Assembly: GCA_002492415.1 (NCBI GenBank)
Contig: DKYK01000038.1
Coordinates: 47,028 to 111,027, forward strand
Origin: Christensenella sp. UBA7102
Lineage (GTDB): Bacteria; Bacillota; Clostridia; Christensenellales; UBA1750
DNA: 64,000 nt
Direction of reading: 5' to 3'
Shown here: positions 53,015 to 61,386 of the stretch, in pieces
Layout of the letters: each line of letters opens with the position of its first letter
Position numbering within the stretch: the stretch's first letter is position 1
Program-made: the position numbers and the translations under genes
Notes under the pieces: model-generated
Told to the model about the DNA's origin: nothing
The model's input: only the letters and a program-made list of their open reading frames with translations
Database searches by the model: none

Positions 53015-53434
53015 ATGTTCTGTCCTCATTGTGGTTCTCAAATTGCAGATGGTTCGGCCTTCTGCCCTTCCTGCGGCGTTCAACTGAACGCGTCCGCCCC
53101 TGCCGCTGTGTCCGAGCAGCCCGCAGCATCTTCGAGCTATAAGGATTACCAGACCTTTAGCATCATCGTCTCCATCGTCTCCTTTCTGTGCTGCGGCGGC
53201 TGGTTGGGCGTGATCTTCGGCGTGCTGGGCATCGTGTTCAGCTCACAGGCCAAGACCGCCTTTAACGCAGGCGACATGGTCCAGGCGGAGTCCAAGTCCA
53301 AAAACGCCCGCCTGATGTGTATCCTGGGCCTGGTCATGATCGGCATCGGCGCCATCACCAGTGTTATCATCCTTGCCCTTTATGGCGCGTCCATTGCCGC
53401 CATGTTCTCTGAACTCTACGCACTGGCGCTGTAA
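53015..53434 (+). CDS. zinc-ribbon plus CD225/dispanin-like membrane protein, paralog 1
   Basis: MFCPHCGSQIADGSAFCPSCG is followed by a linker and then YQTFSIIVSIVSFLCCGGWLGVIFGVLGIVFSSQAKTAFNAGDMVQAESKSKNARLM plus a second TM segment. GGAGGTG lies upstream. Confidence 0.8.
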   Translation: MFCPHCGSQIADGSAFCPSCGVQLNASAPAAVSEQPAASSSYKDYQTFSIIVSIVSFLCCGGWLGVIFGVLGIVFSSQAKTAFNAGDMVQAESKSKNARLMCILGLVMIGIGAITSVIILALYGASIAAMFSELYALAL

Positions 53435-53464
53435 AGCGCGCACTGCACAGGGGAGGTGCCCTCC

Positions 53465-53893
53465 ATGCTCTGCCCACACTGCGGCTCTGAACTCGCGTCC
53501 GACGCGGCCTTTTGCATTCGTTGCGGCGCGATCCTCGCGCCCGCCGTCTCTCCGCCTGATCTCCCACCCGTCAAGGACTATCTGACGGTCAACATCGTGC
53601 TGCTGGCGCTGACAGCGCTGTGCTGCAGCTGCACGCCCGCCCTGGTCACAGGCATTCTGGGCGTGGTGTTTGCCTCGCAGGTCAAGTCCCTTGTTCAGGA
53701 GGGCAAGCGCGCGCAGGCCGAGGAAAAGTCCCGCCTGGCCAAATCTCTGGCCATCGCGACAGGTGTGCTGATGGGCGTCACCGCGCTGCTGCTCATCGCC
53801 TATCTGTTGTTCTTCTTCTGCTTCTACGGCGTGGCGTTCGCGTCGCTGCTGAACCAGATGAGCTTCTCCGCGCTTGCGGCGCTGCTACTGTAG
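53465..53893 (+). CDS. zinc-ribbon plus CD225/dispanin-like membrane protein, paralog 2
   Basis: MLCPHCGSELASDAAFCIRCG is followed by YLTVNIVLLALTALCCSC..GILGVVFASQVKSLVQEGKRAQAEEKSRLAKS plus a second TM segment. GGGGAGGTG lies 6 nt upstream. Confidence 0.8.
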   Translation: MLCPHCGSELASDAAFCIRCGAILAPAVSPPDLPPVKDYLTVNIVLLALTALCCSCTPALVTGILGVVFASQVKSLVQEGKRAQAEEKSRLAKSLAIATGVLMGVTALLLIAYLLFFFCFYGVAFASLLNQMSFSALAALLL

Positions 53894-53962
53894 TCCCTGT
53901 CCATTCTTCCGGCGGATCATTCCGCCCATCCCATACTCATCTGTGAATAGGAGGTATCCATC

Positions 53963-54529
53963 ATGTTCTGTCCCAACTGCGGAACCAAGCTCCCAGACGG
54001 CGCAGTCTTCTGCTCCAACTGCGGCGCTAAGGTCCAGGCTGAGTCCGCTCCCGTCGTCGAACCCGTGACCGAGCCTGTCACCGAACCCGTAACTGAACCT
54101 ATCGCGGAACCTGCGGTCGAGCCCATCGCGGAACCTGTCACCGAGCCCTTCACCGCCCAGCCCGCCGGCGAGACCTTCGAGGGCGAGTATACTGCGCAGC
54201 CCGTGCAGGAGTCCCCCGTTCAGAGAGCGCCTGAGCAGGCGCCTGCCGACTATGTGACCATCAACATCATACTGTGCGTAGCCTCGGTGCTCACCTGTTG
54301 CGGCTGCATCAGCATTGCCTCTCTGGTCACCTCCATCATCGGCATCGTGGCGGGCAGCGCGTGCAAGAAGGCCATTGCCGCCGGTGACTGGGCCACCGCC
54401 GAGGCCAAGAGCAAGACTGCCAAGACCATGTGGATCGTATCCGCGGTCATCGTGGGCGTGTCCATCCTCTCGGCCATCGTGCTCTTCCTGACTGGCGCCG
54501 CCGCCAGTATGCTCGGCTCCGACTGGTAA
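53963..54529 (+). CDS. zinc-ribbon plus CD225/dispanin-like membrane protein, paralog 3 (long EP-repeat linker)
   Basis: MFCPNCGTKLPDGAVFCSNCG is followed by (EPxx)x8 and then YVTINIILCVASVLTCCGC..IIGIVAGSACKKAIAAGDWATAEAKSKTAKT plus a second TM segment. AGGAGG lies upstream. Confidence 0.8.
   Translation: MFCPNCGTKLPDGAVFCSNCGAKVQAESAPVVEPVTEPVTEPVTEPIAEPAVEPIAEPVTEPFTAQPAGETFEGEYTAQPVQESPVQRAPEQAPADYVTINIILCVASVLTCCGCISIASLVTSIIGIVAGSACKKAIAAGDWATAEAKSKTAKTMWIVSAVIVGVSILSAIVLFLTGAAASMLGSDW
54059..54154 (+). repeat. eight tandem 12-nt units encoding (E-P-x-x)8
   Basis: GAACCCGTGACC GAGCCTGTCACC GAACCCGTAACT GAACCTATCGCG GAACCTGCGGTC GAGCCCATCGCG GAACCTGTCACC GAGCCCTTCACC. The repeat is in frame within CD225 paralog 3. 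Confidence 0.85.
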
Positions 54530-54536
54530 GCGCGTC

Positions 54537-54947
54537 ATGCGCTCCTCTGCAAAAGATACCCGCTTCAAGGGTGTGGGGATGCGCGTGCTGGCCTGGAGCA
54601 TCGTGGCCGCGGCCGCGGGCTTTACGCTGTACGTCTACTTCCACAACCCTTTCGAGGGCGGGGTGACGCTGTGCATGTTTCACGCGCTGACGGGGCTGGA
54701 CTGCCCGGGCTGCGGCATGACCCGCGCAGCCTGGCTGCTCATGCACGGCCATCCCATCCAGTCCCTTGCGCAGAACCCCTTTCTGTTTGTCATCTTTATC
54801 GCAGCCTATATGGGGATTGCAGAGCTGTCCCCCTATCTCATCGGACGGCGACTGCCGCAGCTGCACATCCCCAACTGGATGCTCATCGTGTTGTGCGCGC
54901 TGCTGTTCGTGTTCACCATCGCGCGCAATGTCATAAAATTTCTGTGA
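54537..54947 (+). CDS. DUF2752 domain-containing membrane protein
   Basis: CMFHALTGLDCPGCGMTRAAWLLMHG...NPF fits the DUF2752 signature. The gene starts 7 nt after paralog 3. An alternative start is at 54579. Confidence 0.8.
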   Translation: MRSSAKDTRFKGVGMRVLAWSIVAAAAGFTLYVYFHNPFEGGVTLCMFHALTGLDCPGCGMTRAAWLLMHGHPIQSLAQNPFLFVIFIAAYMGIAELSPYLIGRRLPQLHIPNWMLIVLCALLFVFTIARNVIKFL

Positions 54948-54969
54948 TTCATCCCCCCAAGGGGGAAAT

Positions 54970-55485
54970 TTGCGCATCATAACAAAAAAAGAGGCGTATC
55001 CGTTGCATATCGTACTGGTTGAACCCGAGATCCCGCAGAATACCGGCAACATCGCCCGTACCTGCGCCGCCACGCACACCACGCTGCACCTGGTGCATCC
55101 CCTGGGCTTTTCCATCGATGAAAAGCAGGTCAGGCGGGCGGGCCTGGACTACTGGCATCTGGTCACCATCGAGGAGCATCCCTCCTTTGACCAGCTGCGG
55201 CAGCAGTATCCTGACGCACAGTTTTTCTACGCTTCCACCAAGGCGCCGCGCTCTTACGCGCAGGTTTCCTACCCCGAAGATGCCTTTTTGGTGTTCGGCA
55301 AGGAGACGCGCGGCCTGCCGGAGGATCTTCTGCACGAAAATTACGACCGCTGCGTGCGCATCCCGATGATTGAAGGTGCGCGCTCGCTCAATCTTGGCAA
55401 TTCCGTGGCCATTGTGCTCTATGAGGCGCTGCGCCAGCAGGGCTTTGCGGGCCTTTCGTCTGCGGGGCATCTTACGCAGTACTAA
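54970..55485 (+). CDS. trmL: tRNA (cytidine/uridine-34 2'-O)-methyltransferase TrmL
   Basis: The SPOUT motifs are HIVLVEPEIPQNTGNIARTCAA, LVFGKETRGLP and RSLNLGNSVAIVLYEA. The true start may be TTG at 55004. Confidence 0.85.
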   Translation: MRIITKKEAYPLHIVLVEPEIPQNTGNIARTCAATHTTLHLVHPLGFSIDEKQVRRAGLDYWHLVTIEEHPSFDQLRQQYPDAQFFYASTKAPRSYAQVSYPEDAFLVFGKETRGLPEDLLHENYDRCVRIPMIEGARSLNLGNSVAIVLYEALRQQGFAGLSSAGHLTQY

Positions 55486-55519
55486 ATTATACGGTTTAAC
55501 GAAGGAGAGAGAATCCGCT

Positions 55520-57139
55520 ATGACGTGGCAAGACTTTGTCCTGCTGGGGGGCGGCCTGGGCCTATTCCTGTTCGGCATGAAGCTGATGGGCGACGAGCTG
55601 GAGCGCGCCGCCGGCAACAGCTTGCGCCATCTGCTGGAAGTGCTCACGCGCAACCGCATCATGGGTCTGCTGATGGGTATGCTCTTTACCATGCTGGTGC
55701 AGTCCTCGTCGGCGACCACCGTCATGGTCGTGGGCTTTGTCAACGCAGGGCTCATGGACCTGTATCAGGCCGCAGGCGTCATCTTCGGCTCCAACATCGG
55801 CTCCACCATCACCGCGCAGCTGATCGCCTTTAAGCTGACGGACATCGCCCCCGCCTTCGTGTTGGTGGGCATGATCCTGTATTCCTTCGGCAAAAAAGCG
55901 TCGCTTCGCCAGGTGGGCGGCGTGCTGCTGGGCTTTGGCGTACTGTTCGTTGGCCTGGACCTGATGAGCGACTCCGTCTCCAAGTTGCGGGAAATGCCCG
56001 AGGTCGCCCAGGTCATGGCTTCCTTTTCCAGGACGCCCGTCCTGGGGATCCTGGCGGGCCTGGTCATCACCGCCATCATCCAGTCCTCGGCGGCCTCGGT
56101 CGGTATTCTGCAGCTGCTCGCCTCCCAGGGCCTCATCGGCCTTGACGCCGCGGTCTACGTGGTCATGGGCCAGAATATCGGCACCTGCGCCACGGCGCTG
56201 CTCGCCTCCATCGGCAGCAACAAGAACGCCCGCCGTACCGCCGTGCTGCACGTGCTGTTCAACGTGCTGGGTACGCTGGTGTTCTACATTGTGGTGCAGT
56301 TCCTCCCCGTCACCGACTGGGTGGCCTCCCTCACCCCCGGCGACCCCATGCGCCAGATTGCCAACATGCATCTGCTGTTCAACGTCTTTGGCGTCGCGCT
56401 CTTCTTCCCCTTCATCAATCAGTTGGTGGCGCTGGTCAACAAGATCGTCCCCGGCGAGGATCCTGCCGCCAACGCCAAGCGCCTGCAGTATCTCAATCAG
56501 AACATACTCAAAACCCCGCCCGTCGCGCTCAACCACGCCATCATGGAGTGCAAGCGCATGCAGCAGCTGGCCTATGACAACATAGAGCTTGCGATGCAGT
56601 GTTTCCTCGCGGGCAAGGCGACAGAAAGCCAGCGAACCGACCTGGCCGAGCAGGAGGATGTCATCAACTTCCTCAATCATGAGATCACAAAATACCTCGT
56701 GCTCATCAACCAGACCGAGCTTTCCGAGCACGAGGGTGTGCTGGTGGGCGAGCTGTTCCATGTGGTCAATGACGTCGAGCGCATCGGCGACCATGCGGAA
56801 AACATCATCGAATACGCTGTCTCGCGTGAGGCGGGTAAATTTGCGCTCTCCGAGGCTGCCCTGCTGGAGCTGCGCGATATGTATTCCTCCGTTCACGACC
56901 TGCTGAACATGGCCCTGACCTCCTTTGACACCCACGATGAGAACCGCATCGTGCGCGCCTACGCGCTGGAGGCCCGCGTCGACGACATGGCCGACCTGCT
57001 GCACGACCGCCACATCGAGCGCCTGACGCGCGGCCTGTGCACCCCCAACTCGGGCATGCTCTTCTCCGACACCGTCTCCAATCTAGAGCGCGTCGCCGAC
57101 CACGCCATCAACATCATCAATTCGGCCGATATGGACTGA
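55520..57139 (+). CDS. Na/Pi cotransporter family protein with a PhoU-like C-terminal domain
   Basis: MTWQDFVLLGGGLGLFLFGMKLMG is followed by a repeated QSSSATT/QSSAASV motif and C-terminal PhoU-like repeats (ERIGDHAENI, ERVADHAINI). The start follows GAAGGAGAG. Confidence 0.9.
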   Translation: MTWQDFVLLGGGLGLFLFGMKLMGDELERAAGNSLRHLLEVLTRNRIMGLLMGMLFTMLVQSSSATTVMVVGFVNAGLMDLYQAAGVIFGSNIGSTITAQLIAFKLTDIAPAFVLVGMILYSFGKKASLRQVGGVLLGFGVLFVGLDLMSDSVSKLREMPEVAQVMASFSRTPVLGILAGLVITAIIQSSAASVGILQLLASQGLIGLDAAVYVVMGQNIGTCATALLASIGSNKNARRTAVLHVLFNVLGTLVFYIVVQFLPVTDWVASLTPGDPMRQIANMHLLFNVFGVALFFPFINQLVALVNKIVPGEDPAANAKRLQYLNQNILKTPPVALNHAIMECKRMQQLAYDNIELAMQCFLAGKATESQRTDLAEQEDVINFLNHEITKYLVLINQTELSEHEGVLVGELFHVVNDVERIGDHAENIIEYAVSREAGKFALSEAALLELRDMYSSVHDLLNMALTSFDTHDENRIVRAYALEARVDDMADLLHDRHIERLTRGLCTPNSGMLFSDTVSNLERVADHAINIINSADMD

Positions 57140-57163
57140 CCCTGCGGCGTCCATCACACAGCA

Positions 57164-57196
57164 AAAAAGGCGTGGCCTTCGCGGTCACGCCTTTTG
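57164..57196. terminator. bidirectional terminator between the Na/Pi transporter gene and the AT-rich islet
   Basis: The stem (GGCGTGGCC / GGTCACGCC) is flanked by A6 and T4 runs. Confidence 0.65.
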
Positions 57197-57234
57197 CTGT
57201 AAGAAAGGCCGCCCCTTTTTTCGCAAGCCGGTAT

Positions 57235-57723
57235 TCAGCGTCTCAATTCATACCAGACATCTATCTCAGCTTTATCAGGTAGTTCGAACATCGAAAGCAG
57301 CTTATTTAGCAAACCTTCATCCACATAAAAGTCTGAACCGCCATTTCCTTCTTCAATTCTTTTATTGCGCTCTTCTATATTACGATTCCAAGTATCATCA
57401 TCAACATCAATATAATGCCATTCATAGCTAATATCACATGATTGTAAATATGATGAAATATCAATTCTGTTATCTTTTGTCCAAAATCCCCAATCCAATA
57501 TTACGTGGGCGCCTGCTTTGCAGATTTCCACAGCTTTCTTTTTCAGATAATCATTGACACGCTGAGCGAATATATTATAAAATTCTCCCTGCTCATTCGC
57601 AATCAAATCATACGTCGCCTCATCTGTTGACAGAATGACTGCATTGTGTTTTTCCTTAAGTGATTTCGCATAACAGGATTTCCCGCTGCATATTTTTCCA
57701 CATATCAAGTAAACTTTTCCCAT
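57235..57723 (-). CDS. P-loop kinase-like protein (AAA_33/zeta-toxin-like fold class), in an AT-rich islet
   Basis: Walker A is GKICSGKS, followed by ILSTDE and HVILDWGFW. The composition is strikingly AT-rich compared with the flanks. Confidence 0.8.
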   Translation of the reverse strand: MGKVYLICGKICSGKSCYAKSLKEKHNAVILSTDEATYDLIANEQGEFYNIFAQRVNDYLKKKAVEICKAGAHVILDWGFWTKDNRIDISSYLQSCDISYEWHYIDVDDDTWNRNIEERNKRIEEGNGGSDFYVDEGLLNKLLSMFELPDKAEIDVWYELRR

Positions 57724-57757
57724 AAATTCTCTCCATAATCATTGATGTGACTTAATC

Positions 57758-57976
57758 TTATTCTTTAGGCGTATCCTTATCTTGCTTGGAGCTGACTTTT
57801 GAAACAATGATACCCGTGCAGGTAACAACCACCACGCAAAGATACATCCCCATTCCCAATACACAACCGCTTGCATGATCCATACCATTTAAGAAATCGC
57901 CGCAGTTGACCGAAAAGAACAGCCCCGCGATTGCGACCGCACAGCCTGCCGCGAAATATATCCACACCTTTTTCAT
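57758..57976 (-). CDS. 72-aa small membrane protein
   Basis: MKKVWIYFAAGCAVAIAGLFFSV...GMGMYLCVVVVTCTGIIVS has 2 TM segments. The ATG lies 8 nt after GAAGGAG. The rest of track ORF 57758-58861 is antisense to the amidohydrolase gene. Confidence 0.5.
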   Translation of the reverse strand: MKKVWIYFAAGCAVAIAGLFFSVNCGDFLNGMDHASGCVLGMGMYLCVVVVTCTGIIVSKVSSKQDKDTPKE

Positions 57977-58192
57977 GCAATTCTGCTCCTTCGTCAAATT
58001 CCGGTATGCGAACCTTCTGTGTTCCAGATTATCACAGTACGGAATGAACTGCAACCCCTTCACCGGCACGTTTGCAGCCAGCCGTCGCGCGGCGCTGCCC
58101 GCAATGCGATTCGGCGGCGGTTTTGCTTGCGGACGCCCCCGGATGCGTGTATAATTGATATAATACAAAAGCTGTGCAGGAGGCGGGAGCGC

Positions 58193-59017
58193 ATGCCCAT
58201 CGTCGATTTTCACGTACACCTTTTTCCCGACGCGCTGGCCGGGCGCACGCTGCCCAAGCTGTCGCACACCGCGGCGGACGCGCACGGAGACGCGCCGTAT
58301 TTTACCGACGGTACGCTCTCTGGGACCCTGGCCTCTCTCCAGCGCTGGGGCGTGACCGCCGCCGTCACGCAGCACATCGCCACCTCTGTGCACTCTATGC
58401 ACAAGGTCAACGACTTTGCCGCCTCCGTGCGCGGTCCGCAGCTGTACGCGTTCGGCTCCGTGCACCCCGACGCGCCCGACGCGCTTGAGGAGCTGGAGCG
58501 CATCAAATCTCTGGGGCTGGACGGCGTCAAGCTCCACCCCGACTATCAGTGCTTCTTCGTGGACGAGAGCCGCATGGCTCCCTTGTATGAGAAGATGGCG
58601 CAGTTGCAGCTGCCCGTGCTCTTCCACTCTGGCTGGGACCCTCTCTCCCCTGATCTGGTCCATGCCGAGCCCGAGCGCCTCAAGGCCGTGGTGGAGGGTT
58701 ATCCAGGCCTGACCGTCATCGCCGCGCACCTGGGCGGCATGCAGCGCTATGATCAGGTGGAACGATATCTGCTCGGCCATCAGAATCTCTATATTGATAC
58801 CGCCATGACTTCGCCCTACCTGCACGACCCGGCACAGTACACCCGCATTCTGCGCGGTCACGGCCTGTCCCGCGTGCTCTTTGCCACCGACTGTCCTTGG
58901 TCCACCCCCGCCCGCGAGCTTCCCCTGCTGGACTGGGCGGAGTTGACTGCACAGGAGCGGGAGATGGTGCTCTGGGGCAACGCGCTGCGCCTGCTCGGTC
59001 CCCTGCCCGACGCCTGA
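58193..59017 (+). CDS. amidohydrolase-2 family metal-dependent hydrolase (TIM barrel)
   Basis: The product has MPIVDFHVHLFP, LFHSG and FATDCPW. The start follows CAGGAGG. Confidence 0.85.
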   Translation: MPIVDFHVHLFPDALAGRTLPKLSHTAADAHGDAPYFTDGTLSGTLASLQRWGVTAAVTQHIATSVHSMHKVNDFAASVRGPQLYAFGSVHPDAPDALEELERIKSLGLDGVKLHPDYQCFFVDESRMAPLYEKMAQLQLPVLFHSGWDPLSPDLVHAEPERLKAVVEGYPGLTVIAAHLGGMQRYDQVERYLLGHQNLYIDTAMTSPYLHDPAQYTRILRGHGLSRVLFATDCPWSTPARELPLLDWAELTAQEREMVLWGNALRLLGPLPDA

Positions 59018-59064
59018 CCTGCGCGGCGTCTATCCTCTTCGCCCATTTGGAAAGGAGATGCGGT

Positions 59065-59853
59065 ATGTCCGAACATGAAGGCCACAGAAAGCGCCTGCGT
59101 GAGCGCGCCGCTCAAACGGGCCTGGAGGGTTTCCAGCCGCATGAGGTGCTGGAACTGTTGCTGAGCGAAACCATTCCGCGCAAGGACGTCAATCCGCTGG
59201 CGCACGCGCTGATCGACCGTTTCGGCTCTTTTTCCGGCGTGCTCAACGCAGCGCGCGAGGAGCTGCTGCAGGTCCCCGGAGTTGGAGAGCGCACCGCCGA
59301 TCATCTGTCCATGCAGGTGGCTTTCTTTCGCTATTATCGCCACGACCGCTGGCGCGGCCGTCCCCGCCTGAACACCCGCCGTGATGCAGGCGAGTACTGC
59401 ACCACGCTTTACGACCGCCAGCTGACCGAGCGCATGTATCTCATCTGTCTGGACGTGCACAAGGCCGTGCTGGCCAGCGAGATACTGGCCATCGGCACGG
59501 TGGATGAAACGCCCGTCTATCCTCGCGCCGTTGTGGAGTGCGCGCTGCGCCACCACGCCCATTCGGCAATCCTGGTGCACAATCATCCCGGTGGTTCGCT
59601 CGATCCTTCGCAGGGCGACATTCGCATCACCGCGCTGCTGGAACAGGCGCTGGGCGTAGTGGGCATTGAACTGCTCGATCACATCATCGTAGCGGGAGAG
59701 AGTTATGCCAGTATGCGCACGCTGGGCCTGGTGCCCGCGGGCGGCGTTCCCGGCCACCCGGATCCCTCGCGCGATCGCATTCAGCGCATGCACGCCGTCA
59801 CCCCGCTGCCCCAGCGGAACACCGCCGAGGACGACAGCTTCCCCCTCTCCTAA
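59065..59853 (+). CDS. radC: RadC-family JAB-domain protein
   Basis: The product has GHRKRLRER, an HhH region (LLQVPGVGERTA) and the JAMM motif HNHPGGSLDPSQGD. The start follows GGAAAGGAG. Confidence 0.9.
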   Translation: MSEHEGHRKRLRERAAQTGLEGFQPHEVLELLLSETIPRKDVNPLAHALIDRFGSFSGVLNAAREELLQVPGVGERTADHLSMQVAFFRYYRHDRWRGRPRLNTRRDAGEYCTTLYDRQLTERMYLICLDVHKAVLASEILAIGTVDETPVYPRAVVECALRHHAHSAILVHNHPGGSLDPSQGDIRITALLEQALGVVGIELLDHIIVAGESYASMRTLGLVPAGGVPGHPDPSRDRIQRMHAVTPLPQRNTAEDDSFPLS

Positions 59854-61293
59854 GGCCGCTCGCCCGACAGCCATTGCGCCGCCCGCTGCGCTCCCTGCTC
59901 ACCCAGCGCCGTAAAAAAATCCTCCGGCCGCGCAAGAGTAAATAAATTGTCGCGGTAGTAGCGCCGCATCGCCTCCAGAAAAGTATCGTTGCCCAGCGCG
60001 ACGCGCAGATCGTGCAGCATCGCCGCTCCCTTCCGGTATACCAGCGCGTCATAGGTTGCCGCGCTCTCGAATTTGTCCAGGCTCTGCCCCACGCCCACGC
60101 CCGCAAGCGCCATATTCTCCGTCGCGGGCCGTACCATGGATTGATACAGCGAGTCAAACGACTCCGCGCCGTACACCGCTTCGTAGTACAGCAGCGTAGA
60201 GTATTCCGCCAGCGCTTCGTCCTGCCACGGCGCGCGAATCTGGTCGCTGCCCACGCCCGCGTACCACCACTGGTGTGCCGTCTCGTGCGCAATCACAAAC
60301 TCCAGCATGCCGTCCCCGCTGCGGTACAGCGCGTCGTCGATCAGCACCACCCCCGGGTATTCCATCCCCCCGATGCAGAATTGCCCTGCGCATACCGAGT
60401 AATCGTCATACGGATACGCGCCGTACAGCCCTTCGTATACCGTGAGCGCCTGCACCGCGGTGTCCAGTGCCTGCTCCGCACCCTCCTGCGTAAAGGCAAA
60501 GGAGCGCACCGTCACATCGCCCGCTTTCTGCTGCGCCACACAATAGTCTTTGCTCAAAAACAGCGCAAAATCCCGCAGGTGTTCGCCTGCAAAGCGCCAT
60601 ACGCCCTGATCGGTTTCCGCAAGTCCCGTTCCTGCCGCCACATAGCTCTGCGGCGCGGTCAGCGTCACCTGCCAGTTCGCGCATTCCGACACAAAGGGAT
60701 CGCCCAGCGGCGCATACGCATCGGTGCGGAATTCTCCGTCCTCAAACGCGCACAGCGTCGCAAATACCCCGGACAGCCGCACATCCGTGTCCGATACCCC
60801 CATGCGCAGGCACGTGCGCGGCAGCGCCACCGTGTAGCGCAGTTCCACCTCTACGCTGCCCATCGGCCGCAGCGTGAAGGGGAGCTGTACCTTGAGCAGC
60901 GTGCGCTGTGCGCCCTCCAGCCGGTATCCCGTCTCCTTTCCCGCGGCCCGCACTTCTTCCACCCGCGCGCTTCCCGCAGAAAAGCCGTCCGGATAGGCTT
61001 GCTGGCGCTCGCTGTTCGCCACGGGCGCGCTCTTCTCCTCCGCGTAGGCGTTGGGCCACAGATTGAAACACAGCGCTTCCAGCGCCTGCCCTGTTCGGTT
61101 GGTGTACTTGAAAACCTCTCGCACGCGCAATTCCTGCGCTGTCTCGTCGTATTCCGCCTCCACGATGTATCGGTCGCTGCGGCCGCCCGCGCGCGCCAGC
61201 AATGCCGAGAGCGCCGCCAGCAGCAGCACGCCCGCCAGCAGCGCCTTGCGCTTTTTCAAAAACCCCACAAGCGCTTCTCTCTTATCCGTCAAT
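59850..61293 (-). CDS. M1-family zinc metallopeptidase, membrane-anchored
   Basis: HETAHQWWY is followed by the distal glutamate region WQDEALAEY. The probable TTG start at 61291-61293 lies 7 nt after GAGGGGAGG. The track start at 61361 is unsupported. Confidence 0.8.
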
Positions 61294-61386
61294 GCGCATC
61301 CTCCCCTCTGTGCCGGGCGTATTGCCCTGCTACATGGGTATGAAGCGCACCTCCCCACCATTCTGTCTCAAGAGGAAAGTTTTGCT

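Larger units (their letters stand above)
57235..58000. other. AT-rich compositional islet carrying two genes
   Basis: I counted four 60-nt lines inside the first gene: 32, 23, 47 and 37% G+C, against 57% for a counted flanking line and visibly higher elsewhere. The islet is bounded by CCGGTAT at 57228-57234 and 58001-58007. Confidence 0.55.

Noticed and set aside
55562-57013. 483-aa ORF on the minus strand
   Set aside because: It is antisense to the Na/Pi cotransporter gene. The translation is Gly/His/Asp/Gln-rich with no TM segments or motifs.
57977-58861. Upper part of track ORF 57758-58861
   Set aside because: It is antisense to the amidohydrolase gene. Only the last 72 codons, which have their own RBS and two TM helices, look like a gene.
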